Part shown: one piece after another, positions 12,120 to 26,110 of the stretch | Layout: every line of letters begins with the position of its first letter | Numbering within the stretch: position 1 is the stretch's first letter | DNA from: Mobula hypostoma | Taxonomy: Eukaryota | DNA: 64,000 nt | Direction of reading: 5' to 3' | Assembly: GCF_963921235.1 (NCBI RefSeq) | Contig: NC_086097.1 | Span: forward strand, 13,578,001-13,642,000 | Position numbers and translations under genes: made by a program | Notes under the pieces: model-generated | Told to the model about the DNA's origin: nothing | The model's database searches: none | What the model saw: the letters and a program-made list of their open reading frames with translations, nothing else

Positions 12120-12905
12120 GAGATAGATCAGCTGGTTGAGTGGTCCTGCAACAACAACCTTGTACTCAACATCAGTTAAGCCAAAAGGTTTGATGTTGGA
12201 CTTCAGGAAGGGAGGTAGAGGGAACACACATCAGTTCTCATCGAAGGATCAGAAGTAGAAAGAGTGAGCAGTTTCAAGTTCCTGGGTGTCATCTTCTCTG
12301 AGGATCTATCCTGGACCCAACACATCAATGTAATTACAAAGAAGGCACAACAGCAGTTACATTGCATTAAGAGTTGGAGGAGATCTGGTATGCCACCAAA
12401 GGCACTTGCAAATTTCTACAGATGTACCGAGGAGAGCATTCTAACTGGATGCATCACCATCTGGTATGGAAGGAACACTGCACAGCATCAGGAAGTTGTG
12501 AACTCGGTCAGCTCTATCATCATGGGCACTAGCCTCACCAGTATTGTGGACATCTTCAAAAGGCCACGTCTCAAAAAGGCGGCGTCCATCATTAAGGACC
12601 GTCATCACCCAGCACATGCCCTTCTTTCATTGCTGCCATCAAAGAGGAGGTACAGGAGACTGCAGACAGACTTCAATGTTTCAGCAACAGCTTCTTCCCT
12701 CCTCCATCAGATATCTGAATGGACAAAGAACCTATGAATACTACCTCAGTTTTTCCCCTCTTTTTATCATTATTTATTTGATTTATTATATATATATTTT
12801 TTATTGTGATTTATAGTTTTTATTATTATGTATTGCAATGTACTGCTGCCACAAAACAACAAATTTCATGACATATGCCAGTGATAATAAACCTGATTCT
12901 GATTC
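12120..12905 (+). mobile_element. Rex1/Babar LINE 3' fragment
   Basis: SSFKFLGVIFSEDLSW...SIIKDRHHPAHALLSLLPS; (GATTCT)n tail. Confidence 0.88.
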
Positions 12906-13214
12906 AATTCTGAAAGTAATTCTTATTTATTTTACAAATGGACCCCAATCCTTTGTGTTTTCAACTTTTCACCAGCTAGAAAACATTCTGAATCACTTTT
13001 GTTGAATCCAAACTAGATGATTGATTATGAGTTACTTAGACAGCTAATTGATTGGTATTTTAAAAGATGAATGCTCAGTCATTGGTTGCTATTCTATAAG
13101 AGTGTTTCTTCTGTGCCAGAACTATAGCATATTCTCAGCAACATTTTCAGCTGATAATGTTTTTTTCTGGCTTCTTCCTCCTTCCTCTTCAGCCCTGATG
13201 AGGGGTCTCAGGCC

Positions 13215-13870
13215 GTAAAGGCCCACCAGTGCCTTTACTTCCTGAGAAAACTAAAGAAATTTGGCCTGTCCCCTAAAATCCTCACTAATTTTTATAGCTG
13301 CACCGTAGAAAGCATTATTCTAGGGTGCGTCACAACCTGGCATTGAAGTTGTGCTGTCCAAGACCGAAAGAAGCTGCAGAAGATCGTGAACACGGCGCAG
13401 CACATCACACAAACCAATCTTCCATCCTTGGACTCACTTTACACCGCACGCTGTTGGAGCAGTGCTGCCAGGATAATCAAGGATACGACCCACCCAGCCA
13501 ACAGACTTTTCGTCCCTCTTCCCTCTGGGAGAAGGTTCAGGAGCTTGAAGACTCGTACGGCCAGATTTGGGAACAGCTTCTTTCCAACTCTGATAAGACT
13601 GCTGAACGGACCCTGACCCGGATCTGGGCCATACCTTCCAAATATCCAGACCTGCCTCTCGGTTTTTTTGCAGTACCTTACTTCCCATTTTTCTACTTTC
13701 TATTTATGATTTATAATTTAATTTTTTTAATATTTACTAATTTTAACTATTTTTAATATCTTTAATATTTAATATTTGTAATCCAGGGAGTGTGAAGCGC
13801 AGAATCAAATATCGCTGTGATGATTTACGTTCTAGTACTAATTGTTTGGCGACCATAAAGTATAAAGTAT
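13215..13870 (+). mobile_element. Rex1/Babar 3' fragment (different subfamily) inserted in a Penelope relic
   Basis: RIIKDTTHPANRLFVPLPSGRRFRS; (TATAAAG)n tail; hammerhead half CTGATGAGGGGTCTC just upstream and the PLE tail at ~13960-14000. Confidence 0.8.
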
Positions 13871-13880
13871 TTCTATAGAT

Positions 13881-13958
13881 CAGGAGTTCCCAACCTTTTT
13901 CATGCCTTGGACCCCTAACATTAACCGAGAGGTCCATGCACCCCAGATTGAGAGTCTG
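13881..13958. mobile_element. ~80-bp hAT-type MITE, copy 2
   Basis: CAGGAGTTCCCAA TIR; imperfect 8-bp TSD CTATAGAT / CCATAAAT. Confidence 0.7.
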
Positions 13959-14009
13959 CCATAAATGCTTCGCGACCCTGCTGAGTTCCACCAGCATTTT
14001 ATCTATTAT

Positions 14010-14245
14010 TTATTTATTGAGATAAAGCGTGGAATAGGATTTTCTGTCATTTATGCCTCGCCGACCAGCACTCCCCAATTTAACCCTAGCCTAATCATGG
14101 GACAATTTACAATGATCACTTATCCTACTGGTATGGCTTTGGACTGTGAGAGGAAACCAGAGCATGTGGAGAAAACACAAGCATTCCACGGGGAGGACGT
14201 ACAGATTCCTTACAGATGACGTCAGAGTTGAACTCTGAACTCTGA
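14010..14245 (-). mobile_element. V-SINE-like SINE
   Basis: CTTTGGACTGTGAGAGGAAACCAGAGCA (reverse V-domain). Confidence 0.65.
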
Positions 14246-14984
14246 CACTTCTTGTGTCTGTGGCTCTTATTTTCAGGTGAGATTGCTTTGAAAGGCACAT
14301 GTGATGTTAGTGTTTTAATTGTTTAAATGTAGTATTTCATGTTTGTTTCTGTCTATTTTTGCGGTGGCATAAGTGGTTTGATCTGTTTTCCTTGGTGGTC
14401 CACTGGGGAATGACATCTGCACCAAGCCTTGGTGGTCTGGTGATGGGTATGGCTCCAAACCTCCAGAGCCTAGTAAGTGGGTAGACATCCAAGTCTCCAA
14501 GGAGGTCTCCTCGTGGGTGCAGTTCCAAATTCCCGGTGGTCTGGTGACAGTATTCCTCTGATTCAGTGCCAATATTATAAAAAGAAAAATCCCCTCGGTT
14601 CGATAAGTGTTGCTGTAAACAAACTTGGGATTTGAACAGACTGGATTTTAATCTGTTTAGAAACTAAACATAAACTTAAAAGTCGTGGAGGCACACACCT
14701 AATCCGCCAAAGACAAAAGAAGTAAACACTGGTGTTTACATTAGTATAGATACCCTTTCTAAGAAATAACTAACACAGGAAGGTGAATCTCATACCTCCT
14801 TCCATTTCTGAATGAGATTTTCCCACTGCCTGTTTTCGTTTCATTTCAAACATCCATTGCTTTTTGTATACCTTTTTACAGTTTTAATTCAAACTGAAAT
14901 TTTCAGATAGGTTCACTTATATAAGATACAACCTTGGCAATTGTACAACCAAAGGGAACAACATTGTGCCTTTAAGTAATCCTG

Positions 14985-15255
14985 TGCTGTAGAAATGGTG
15001 AGCTTGCTGCTTCATGGTCTGGGTGATCCAGGTTTGATCTGTGTGGAGTCTGCACGACATGTGCTGTGCTTATTCCGGTTTACGCCACATCCCAATGACG
15101 GGTGATTTGATAGGTTAATGAACTACTGTAAACTGATGTGTGGATGAGTGTTAGAATCAGGGGAAACTGGTGGAAATAAAATGAGGTTGGTGTAGGGGAG
15201 GGGTTGTCTAATGTTTGGCACTGACTCAATGAGCTGAAGGGCTTATTTCCAAATA
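14985..15255 (+). mobile_element. V-SINE-like SINE
   Basis: CTGTGTGGAGTCTGCAC...TCCGGTTT; GCTGAAGGGCT tail. Confidence 0.65.
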
Positions 15256-15644
15256 GAATAGGGAACAGTACGGGACAGGAACAGGCACTTTAACCAACCA
15301 TAATGTACCAAGCTGATTAAACTAATAATCAAATGGTCAGCTAAGCTATTCTCTTCTGCTAACAATGATATCAATTGATGAATCAATCAAAAAGCTGAGG
15401 GAACAAAATGGAGGTAGGTCTGGAAGACACTCGGGAACTTGCCTTCCATCAATTAATTAAGAAGAAAATTCAACACAGGTGAATCTGAGGATAGTTTGGG
15501 GAAACTGAGTTCTTTCAACATTTTTTTAAAATTTAGCACAGACCTGACCCTTCCGGCCTGACAAGCCACACCGCCCAGTAGCCAATCTGTTTAACCATAG
15601 CCGAATCACAGGACAATTTAGGTTTAGACTAACGAATTAACTTA

Positions 15645-16314
15645 TAATGCTGTGCCAAAGCCTTGGGCACATTTATATAGCTAGGGTGCCCAGGACCTTT
15701 GCACAGTACTGTGCTTGTCAAAGCTGAGCGGAGAGCAAGTTTGTAAATCTGGTGGGAACAAAGGACATTGGGAATGGTGAGGTTGGAGTGCTGTGGGAGG
15801 GATCCGCGACAGGTGGCAGAGAAGGAGAGCCATGGGCGGGAGGTGGTGTGGGTGCAGACACATCCAGCCTTGAGACACTAGGCAGGGTCATTTGACTCCA
15901 AACAATTGGTTATTGATCATTACAGAATATCCCTCCCTCCCTCCCCTCTCCCTTCCCCCAAACATGATTCCCCTCTCCCAACTCCCTTCCCACTCTCAGT
16001 ATACAATAGAGCCCCATATCAGCATCAGTTTTATTATCACTCACATATGTCATGAAATTGTTATTTTTGTGGCAGCTGTACACAGCAATACATAAAATGC
16101 AAAAATCTTAAGACATCTTAGCTACATGGAACAGATTCAATGGGCTGAATGGCCTAATTCTGCTCCTTTGTCTTAAAGTCTTATAGTGGGATCTAGGATC
16201 AGCCATGATGGAATGGAGGAGCAGACTAGATGGGCTAAATGTCCTAATTTTGCTCCCATGTCTTATGGTCTTATGGTCGTACATATATGTGCCTAAGATT
16301 TTTGCACAGTACTG
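15645..16314 (-). mobile_element. Composite Tc1/mariner-type unit bounded by two mini-MITEs, copy 1
   Basis: Reverse-complement homolog of 55425-55968; flanked by TA; interrupts a minus-strand SINE. Confidence 0.75.
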
Positions 16315-16729
16315 TAGTAACCAGTATGTCTTTGGACTATGGGACGAAACTGCAGTATCTAGAGGAAACCCACTGGCTCATGGGGAAGACAAACTTCTTA
16401 CAGATGACGTTGGAATTGAAATCCAAATGTTTGTTTTTTTATTGAGATACAGCATGGAACAGGCCCTTCAATTACAGTTAAGGACAATTTACAATGACCA
16501 AGTAACCTACCAAATGGCGCATCTTTGGACTACGGGAGGAAACCCATGTGGTCACAGGGAAAATGTTTCAACTCCTTACAGGCAGCAGCGTGAATTGAAC
16601 CTGGGTCACTGTTATTGTAAAGTATTGTGCTAACCACTATGCAACCGTGCCACTCCCTGCCCCCAGCCCCGAGAGTAATAGCATTGTGCTAATCATAGTG
16701 CCCTAAATTAACGTAATGAAGCAGACAAG

Positions 16730-17450
16730 ACCATAAGACCATCCAACATGTGAGCAGAATTAGGCCATTTGGCTCATTGAGTCTGCTCTGCCATTCAATT
16801 ATGGCTGATCCCTTCTTCCCTTTCTCAGCCTCACTCCCCAGCCTTCTCCCCATAACCTTTGATGCCAAGTCTAAACAAGAACCTATCAATATCCACCTTA
16901 AATACACCCAACAATCTGGCCTCTACAGCTGCCTGTGGTATCAAATTCCGTAAATTCACTATGCTCTGGCTAAAGAAATTTCTCTGCACCTCTGTTTTAA
17001 ATGGATGCCCCACTATCCTGAGACTGTGCCCTCTTGTCCTAAACTCCCCCATGATGGGAAACATCCTTTCCATATCTATTCTGTCTAGGCCTTTCAACAT
17101 TCGAAAGGTTTCAATGATATCTCTCCTAATCTTTCTAAATTCCAGTAAGTACAGACCCAGAGCCATCAAACGTTCCTCGTATGATAACCCTTTCATTCCT
17201 GTAGTCATTCTTGTGAACCTCCTCCGAACCCTCTCCAATGCTAGCACATCCTTTCTTAGATGAGGAGCCCAAAACTGTTCACAATACTCAAGGTGGGGCC
17301 TCACCAGTGTCTTATAAAAGTCTCAACTCTTGAGTTCTATTCTAGACTTCTTGAAATGAATGTTAACATTGCAATTGCCTTCCTCACCACTGACTCACAT
17401 GCAAGTTAACCTTTAGGGTGTTCTACACAAGGACTCACAAGTCTCGTTAC
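16730..17450 (-). mobile_element. CR1 LINE 3' fragment
   Basis: RPHLEYCEQFWAPHLRKDVLALERVRRRFTRM...RTRGHSLR. Confidence 0.9.
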
Positions 17451-18659
17451 ATGGTTTAGGAGTTAAATGGGTTAGGAGTTACAGCCTAGCTCATTTTTTT
17501 TTGTGCAGGGAGGGAACTTGGGAGTCCATGTTTCTGTTCGGTTGTTGTTCATTTTTTTGGACGAGTGAGTGGAGATTTTGGGGTTGATGATCATGTTGCC
17601 ATTCTTTTTTTCCTTGCTATCATGGCTATCCGGAAAAGAAGAATATCAGAATTGTATATTTTGGTGATAATTGAATCTTTGAATCCTTTGAGTTTGCCCA
17701 TTAGTTATTCCAGAGTGGTAAAGTTATGCTGGTATTGTGAGAGGAGCATTACATTCCTGAGCCCCATCTGCAAAAAAACACATCGATTGTGTGAGGAGGC
17801 ATCACCTCTTGAACAAATCAAGTGCAGTGAGAAAATGGGTGCAAGTTTCTCACGTGATAAAGCCAAAAGCGTGCTGTCTTCTCACTTGCTCTCTGCATCA
17901 ACAATGTTGCACATAGTTTGGTGGACTGACAGAGCAGCATAATTCGAATGGGAAATTATCTTCTTTCAGCTGTAAGTGGAAGTATAAACAACATGCTATT
18001 GTTTTATTTTACAGATGCGTGCATTCATTTACAATGCTAGGAATATCCAGCATGAGAACTATTTAAACTATAAACAGACCAGAACTTCCCCTATAGGAAG
18101 CTCCTACCAGGGATTAATTATTTAATCCATAAATCAAATTAAAATCGATAAGAGCTCGTAATTTATTGATCACCAAAACCCTGTGATCATTAGCACTGCC
18201 CCCCTCCCCCCCAGACGATCAAACGCTTAGAGGATGTTTACTGTGGCTAAATGGACCATGGTTACAGAGGAAGCGAGAGACCAAGGGTAGGATAATGAAT
18301 AATGTAGGTACCTACGGCTCAGAAATCCCTTCTCCAATGTGCTCTCTGTACAAGGGCCAACTGGAGGTTAAGTGCCCAGAAGTGTCTTATTGCCATTACC
18401 CAGTTTAGTGCTTTGCAGCCAGATGGAGTGAAGGCAAACGTTACTTTGCTCCATTTAAGAATGACTACCATTGTGCCCTTTTACTATTGTAAAATATGAC
18501 TCCACAAGCTTGGCAATAAATTGATGTTTGATAACAATAATACATTCCAGAGTGAGCCATGGCATAATAATTCTCTCTCTCTTGCATTTATAAAAGGCTA
18601 CAGAATTCACACTTTCAATCAGGGGAATTACAAGCATCTGACCTCAAGGACCTTCCAAG

Positions 18660-19115
18660 GATTGGAAGGACTGCTGAGAGGATCATCGGGGACTCTCTCC
18701 CGCCCATCCGAAATATTTATCAGGAAGTGCTGTGTACAAAAGGGTCCTTAGAATTATCAATGATCCTGTCCATCCATCCCACAATCTCTTTGACCACCTG
18801 CCACCAGGCAGGAAGAGCCATAGCATTAGGACAAGAACTGTTAGGATGGGACACAGTTTCATCCCCCAGGATGTGACACTACTGAACTCCCTGCCACCAT
18901 TCAGATCTCATCACGTCTGAAGCCTCATTAGTATTATACTGTTTCCTCTTTGGTTTACGTAATATATGCACCTTGTTAATTTATTTATGGTAACGTTACC
19001 TTATGTGTTGTGTGTGTGAGTTATATGTTCTGTGTTATGCACCTTGGTCTGGAGGAAAGTAGCTTCATTTTGCCGTATACATGTATACGGTTGAAAGACA
19101 ATAAATCTGAACTTG
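18660..19115 (+). mobile_element. Rex1/Babar 3' fragment
   Basis: RIINDPVHPSHNLFDHLPPGRK. Confidence 0.7.
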
Positions 19116-19914
19116 TCCAGCTTAGCTGGTGGAGAAATAATCACAGTTCCTGCTACAAGAGAAATCTGACTCTCCCAGCCCTCTCGAAGAGAAACTTCAG
19201 TTCAGTGAAGTAGTTTAAAATATCTCACAGTGGGAGGCATGCAAGAGAGAGCAAGAGTGTAAATTGAGCTTATTGGCAATCTCATTATGTCTCTCCTGAT
19301 TTCTATTTGAATGAACATCCCATGGCCGAGCTCCACCACAGGAGATTTTTATCACACCTGTGCAGTAAAAGGCATTATGCATAAGAAGAGCAGGACAATA
19401 ACTTCGTGGTTTCCTCTCCACCTGGTGCTCCCTGCCATCACTGTAACTTTGCCTGAGATTCAGGAGAGCAGAGACACCGCAGCAAAATGCGAATTATTTG
19501 AATGAGCGTTATCAGGCATAAAGCTTTAGGTCTCAAGCCACCAGGCTCAGGAACAGCTATTACTCTACCTCCTGAATGGGCATGGATAACTTCAATTACC
19601 ACTATCCTGAACTGATCCATGACATAAGGCTCACTTTCAGGGACTCTTTACAACTCATATCCTTAGTATTACTTTCTTTATTTGCATGGTTAGTCTCCTT
19701 CTGCACATCGGTTATTTGTCAGCCTTTGTCTGATTATGTATATTTTTATATATAAATTCTATTGTATTTCTTTTTCCCCAATAAATGGCTGCAAAAAAAA
19801 TGAATCCCAAAGTAGCACATGTAAACATATACATTACTTTCATAACCTACTTGGAACTTTTTTGAACTTTGATGCACTTAACATGACTAATTAATTCAAT
19901 AAAATAACTAGGTT

Positions 19915-21185
19915 AACATGGACTTCAGGAGAGGAAAACCAGAAGCTCATGAGCTAATACTGATCAGAGGATCAGAAGTGGAGAGGATTAGTAACTTTAA
20001 ATTCCTGGGTGATACTATTTCAGAGGATCTGTCGTGGACCCAGCACATAAATGCAATTGCAAAGGAAGTATGGCAACACCTCTACTTTCTTAGGAATCTG
20101 GGAAGATTCAGCATGATATCTAAAACTTTGACAAACATCTATAGGTATGTAGCAGAGAGTATACTGACAGACTGCATCACAGCCTGTTATGGAAACACAA
20201 ATGCCTTTGAATGGAAAATCCTACAAAAGGTAGTAGATTTGACTCAGTACATCATGGTTAAGCCCTCCCAACCATTGAGCACATCCGCATAAAACACTGT
20301 CATAGGAAAGTAGTATCCATCATCAGAGATCCTCACCACCCAGGCTCCCAGGCTATGGTGTCTTCTCACTGCCATCAGGTAGAAGGAATAGAGCCTTAGG
20401 ACTCGCACCAGCAAGTTCAGGAACAGTTACTACTCTCAACCATCGCGCTCTTAAATAAAAGGGGATAACTGCACTCACTTGCCAATCCATTGAGATGTTC
20501 CTACAGCCAATGACTTCACCTTAAGGAAGGCACACAAAAGTTGCTGGTGAACGCAGCAGGCCAGGCAGCATCTATAGGAAGAGGTACAGTCGACGTTTCA
20601 GGCCGAGACCCTTCGTCAGATCTAACTGAAAGAAGAGATAGTAAGAGATTTAAAAGGGAGGGGGAGATCCAAAATGATAGGAGAAGACAGGAGGGGAAGG
20701 GTGGATCTAAGAGCTGGAAGGTTGATTTGGCAAAAGGGATACCAGACTGGAGAAGGGAGAGGATCATGGGATGGGAAGTCTGGGGAGAGAGAGAAGGGGG
20801 GAGGGGAGCCTAGAAGGTGGAGAGCAGGCAAGGAGTTATAGTGAGAGGGACAGAGGGAGAAAAAAAAGGGCGAAAATAAAAAAATAGATATTAAATAAAT
20901 AAATAAGGGATGGGGTGTGAAGGGGAGGAGGGTCATTAACAGAAGTTAGAGAAATCAATATTCATGCTTTAAGGATCCTTTTCTCATTATCTTGTTCTCG
21001 TTATTTATTGATATTTGAATTTGAACATTTTTTTGTCTTCTGCACTCTAGTTGATCTTTCATTGATCCTGTTATAGTTACTATTCTATCGATTGATTGAG
21101 TATGCCCACAGGAAAATGAATCTCAGGGTTGTATATGGTGACATATGTATACTTTGATAATAAAATTTACTTTGAACTTTGAACA
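19915..21185 (+). mobile_element. Rex1/Babar 3' fragment interrupted by a Penelope fragment
   Basis: DFRRGK...SNFKFLG...; (TTTGAAC)n tail. Confidence 0.85.
20528..20968 (-). mobile_element. Penelope 3' end with hammerhead core
   Basis: Close to 36520-36940; candidate 7-bp TSD TTAAGGA at 20521-20527 and 20969-20975; hammerhead at ~20587-20625. Confidence 0.85.
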
Positions 21186-22647
21186 GATTAACATTTATAC
21201 TATTGTTAACTATGGTCTTTTCTGAAAAGGAAGTATTAGAAGAGGTTGCATTTATACAGCAACTATCTTAACATTACATTATCATGAAGAGCATTACAAT
21301 GAGTACTTTTTGAAGAATATTTCTTAGCTGCTGGTTTATTCTGTATGAATTTTGTGGGCTTTGGGTATTTTTGCCTCATTGTCAGGTAACCCTAATTCAA
21401 AGCATTGGTTTGTTGTTATGAGATCTATGATAATTAGTGGGATGTTGATTTAACAAGACTATGTCAGATAACACACCTGTGTAGCCTGTAATAAAACAGG
21501 TTTGAACACCCAAGATTAATCAGACATATTTTGAAAGAAGAGATCCTCTGTTAGAGCCAAACTCATGTCTCATATTTTATTTCCCTATTTATGATCAACA
21601 ATTTATAACCTTAATAGTTTGCTGATTCTCCTCATAAGCATGAACATATTTTCACAGAACTGAGGCTTTAATTCAGCAATGATATATTTATCCACAGATT
21701 TAATATTATGAGCTGAATTTTCACTTGCCTATGCTTTGAGAACATGCTATGCAGGAGAACCAAAATGTTGTGTAGTACATTTCTCAGAGTCACTTTAACA
21801 CAAGCAGATTGTTTCCACGTTACCAGATTCACAAGACCAAGTGGCGTACTGAGGCGCATATGGACAAAGTTCAGCTCTTCCACTTAAAAGGCACAATTAC
21901 TCTGGTGACAACTGCTCAACAGAACATTGAACAGTACAGTACTGGAACAGGCCCCTTGGCCCACAAGGAAGTGCCGATCCAATTAGATTAGTAATCAAAA
22001 TGGGCAACCTAACTAATTCCTTCTGCCTACGCAATGTCCATATCCTCCATTTTCGTCAGATTTATGTGCCTATCAAAATGTCTCTTAGAAGTCCCTAGTG
22101 TATCTGCGTCAACCACCACCCCTGGGACTGCATTCCAGACACCACCACTCTGTAAAAAAAAAGACTTGCCTCTCACATTCCCTTTGAAATTACCCCCATT
22201 CACCTTAAATTCACGCTTCCTGGTACTGGGCATTTCAACCCTGGGAAAAAGATACTGTCTGTCTACTCTAACTATGCATCTCATAACCTTATAAACCTGT
22301 AGCAGATCTCCCCTCAGCCTCCCTGCTCCAGAGAAATCAACACAAGTTTGCACAACGTCTCATTGTATCACATACCCTCTAATCCAGGCTGAATCCTGGT
22401 AAACCTCTTCTGCACTGTCTCCAAAGCCTCAACATGCTTCCTATAATGGGGTGACCAGAACTATATGCAACACTCTAGACACAGTCTAACTAGAGTTTTA
22501 TAAAACTGCAACTTAAATTCCTAACATCTAAATTCAGTACCTCAACTAATAAAGGCAAGTCTTGTTAACCATCCTATCAACCTCTGCAGCCACCTTCACG
22601 AAGCCATGAACTTGGATTGCAAGGTCCTTCTGATCATCAACACTTGG

Positions 22648-24762
22648 AAACCATAGAAACCATAGAAAAACTACAGCACAGAAACAGGCCTTTTGGCCCT
22701 TCTTGGCTGTGCTGAACCATTTTCTACCTAGTCCCACTGACCTGCACACGGACCATATCCCTCCATACACCTCCCATCCACGTATCTGTCCAATTTATTC
22801 TTAAATGTTAAAAAAGAACCCACATTTACTACCTCGTCTGGCAGCTCATTCCACACTCCCACCATTCACTGTGTGAAGAAGTCCCCCCTAATATTCCCTT
22901 TAAACTTTTCCCCCCTCACCCTTAACCCATGTCCTCTGGCTTTTTTCTGCCCTTGCCTCAGTGGAAAAAGCCTGCTTGCATTTACTTTATCTATACTCAT
23001 CATAATTTTATATACCTCTATCAAACCTCCCCTCAATCTTCTACGCTCCAGGGAATAAAGTCCTAACCTATTCAACCTTTCTCTGTAACTGAGTTTCTCA
23101 TGTCCTGGCAACATCCTTGTAAACCTTCTCTGCACTCTTTCAACCTTATTAATATCCTTCCTGTACTTTGGTGACCAAAACTGAACACAATACTCCAGAT
23201 TCGGCCTCACCAATGCCTTATAGAACCTCATCATAACATTCCAGCTCTTATACTCAATACTTGGATTAATAAAGGCCAATGTACCAAAAGCTCTCTTTAC
23301 GACCCTATCTACCTGTGCTGTCACTTTTAGGGAATTTTGTATCTGCATTCCCAGATCCCTCTGTTCCACTGCACTCCTCAGTGCCTTACCATTAACCCTG
23401 TATGTTCTACCTTCATTTGTCCTTCCAAAGTGCAATACCTCACACTTGTCTGTATTAATCTCCATCTGCCATTTTTCAGCCCATTTTTCCAGCTGGTCCA
23501 AATCCCTCTGCAAGCTTTGAAAACCTTCCTCACTGTCCACTACACCTCCAATCTTTGTATCATCAGCAAATTTGCTGATCCAATTTACCACATTATCACC
23601 CAGATCATTGATATAGATGACAAATAACAATGGACTCAGCACTGATCCCTGTGGCACACCACTAGTCACAGGCCTCCACTCTGAGAAGCAATCCTCTACT
23701 ACCATTCTTTGGCTTCTCCCATTGAGCCAATGTCTAATCCAATTTACCACTTCTTCATGGATACCTAGCGACTGAATTTTCCTAACTAACCTCCCATGCG
23801 GGACCTTGTCAAAGGCCTTACTGAAGTCCATGTAGACAACATCCACTGCCTTCCCTTCATCCACTTTCCTGGTAACCTCCTCGAAAAACTCCAATAGATT
23901 GGTCAAACATGACCTACCACGCACAAAGCCATGTTGACTCTCCCTAATAAGTCCCTGTCTATCCAAATGCTTGTAGATTCTGTCTCTTAGTACTCCCTCC
24001 AATAAATTACCCACTACCGAAGTCAAACTTACTGGCCTATAATTTCCTGGATTACTTTTGGATGCTTTTTTAAACAACGGAACAACATGAGCCATTCTCC
24101 AATCCTCCGGTACCTCACCCGTAGACACCAACATTTTAAATATATTTGCCAGGGCCCCTGCAATTTCAATGCCAGTCTCCTTCAAGGTCTGAGGGAACAC
24201 CCTGTCAGGTCCTGGGGATTTATCCACTTTAATTTGCCTCAAGATAGCAAGCACCTCCTCCTTTTCAATCTGTACAGTTTCCATGATCTCACTACTTGTT
24301 TCCATTAATTCCATAGACTTCATGCCAGTTTCCTTAGTAAATACAGATGCAGAAAACCCATTTAAGATCTCCCTCATTTCTTTTGGTTCCGCACATAGCC
24401 GACCACTCTGATCTTCAAGAGGACCAATTTTTTCCCTTACAATCCTTCTACTCTTAATGTACCTGTAAAAGCTCTTTGGATTATCCTTCACTTTGACTGC
24501 CAAGGCAACCTCATGTCTTCTTTTAGCCCTCCTGATTTCCTTCTTAAGTATTTTCTTGCACTTTTTATACTCCTCAAGCACCTTATTTACTCCCTGTTTC
24601 CTATACATGTCACACAACTCTCTCTTCTTCTTTATCAGAGTTGCAATATCCCTTGAGAACCAAGGTTCCTTATTCCTATTCACTTTGCCTTTAATCCTGA
24701 CAGGAACATACAAGCTCTGCACTCTCTTTAATCCTGACAGGAACATACAAGTTCTGCACTCT
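22648..24762 (-). mobile_element. Young 5'-truncated CR1 (HER1-like) LINE
   Basis: (GAAACCATA)n tail; long uninterrupted ORF2 portion. Confidence 0.95.
22866..24722 (-). pseudogene. CR1 ORF2 reverse transcriptase region (about 620 codons open, no APE endonuclease domain, no native start)
   Basis: KSPGPD, NYRPVSLTS, QHGF, YMDFSKAFDKVPH, GVPQGSVL, SKFADDTK, RPNLEYCVQFW. Confidence 0.92.
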
Positions 24763-25779
24763 TTTAATGATCGTTCTTTTAATAGTGTACTGTCTGTAAA
24801 CATTTGACCTGTCGAAGTGCAAAACTTCATCGTTATCAATGTTAAACTCCATTTTCCATTTCCCTGCCCATATCTGCAACGGACCGATATACCACTGTAT
24901 TATTTACCAGTCTTCTACGCTATCCACAATACCATCATTCTTCATATCATCTGCAAACTTACTAACCAACCCATCTACATTCCCATCCAGGTCATTTATA
25001 TCCATCACAAGTAGCAGAGGTCCCAATACAGGTCCCTGCAGAACACCACTAATCACAGACTTCCAGCTAGTATAAGTCCCTTCAATCACCATCCTTTGTC
25101 TTCTATGGCTAAGTCAATTCTGAATCCAGCCCACCATTTCGCCATGGATCCCATGCACCTTAATCTTCTGGATGAGCCTCCCCTGAGGGACTTTGTGGAA
25201 CGCCTTACTAAAATCCATGTAGGTAACATCCACAGCTCTACCTTCATCAATCATGCTCATCACCTTGACAAAAAATGCAATCAAGTTAGTAAGACACAAC
25301 TTGCCCCACACAAAGCTATGCAGGCTCTCCCTAATTAGTCCATGGTTTTCCAAATGCTCATAAATCCTATCTCTATGAACTGTCTCCAGTATCTTCCCTA
25401 CCACTCACGTCGAAGTTATGCATGACTCTACGGTTGAATGGTAAGGTCCTGATTTCAGTCCAATTTGTCTCTTTTGGCATTAGAGTTAATTAATGATTAT
25501 AGAGGTCTTGGTCCTGATCTTAAGGACCTTAACTGAGGATTGTACAGTTGTGGAAAATCTAGAAGTAAATATTAAATGCCCATTAGCAAATATTTGTCAT
25601 GTTTTGTTTCCTTGGTGAGTATTTTACAGTTCTAGTATATATTCTGTTTCGTTTTATTCTCTCATTCTACATTTTTATTCTATTTGCAACTCTTGCATGC
25701 AGTTAATCTTTAATTAAAAGCCTTTGCCACCCTCTCTCAGCGCACACCAGCACCACTTCTGCAATTCAATATCTATAGA

Positions 25780-26110
25780 AGCCTCAGGTCCCACACCACC
25801 AGGCTCAGGAACCGTTCAGGCTCCTGCTCCTGTACCGGTGTGTATAACTGCAATCACCACGACTCTCTGGACCTGCAGACTCACTTTCGAAAACTCCTTA
25901 CCACTCATGTTTTTAGTATTTTTTTTACTGGCACATTTTGTTTTATCTTGCACATCGGTGTTTGTCAGTCTTTGCGTATGTTTCTAGATTTTCATAAATT
26001 CTATTGTATTTCTTGTTTTCACTGTAAATCCCAGCGAGAAAGTGAATCTTAAGGTAGTCCATGGTAACATATATGTATTTTAATAATAAATTTACTTTGA
26101 ATTTTGAACT
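25780..26110 (+). mobile_element. Rex1/Babar 3' UTR fragment
   Basis: Similar to 10310-10670 and 42790-43150. Confidence 0.65.

Larger units (their letters stand above)
21925..25405 (-). mobile_element. Older degenerate CR1 LINE (pieces ~21925-22647 and ~24763-25405) hosting a younger CR1
   Basis: YMDFSKAFHKVP, GVLQGPVLGPLL, SKFADD and RLRGDLLQVYK motifs broken by stops and frameshifts. Confidence 0.85.

Noticed and set aside
14315..14572. GC-richer patch with short minus-strand ORFs as a host exon
   Set aside because: No recognisable protein motif and no convincing pair of splice sites
22866..24839. 657-aa ORF as an intact gene
   Set aside because: It is a 5'-truncated CR1 ORF2. The first ~40 residues come from the older CR1 and the junction duplication, and the endonuclease domain is absent
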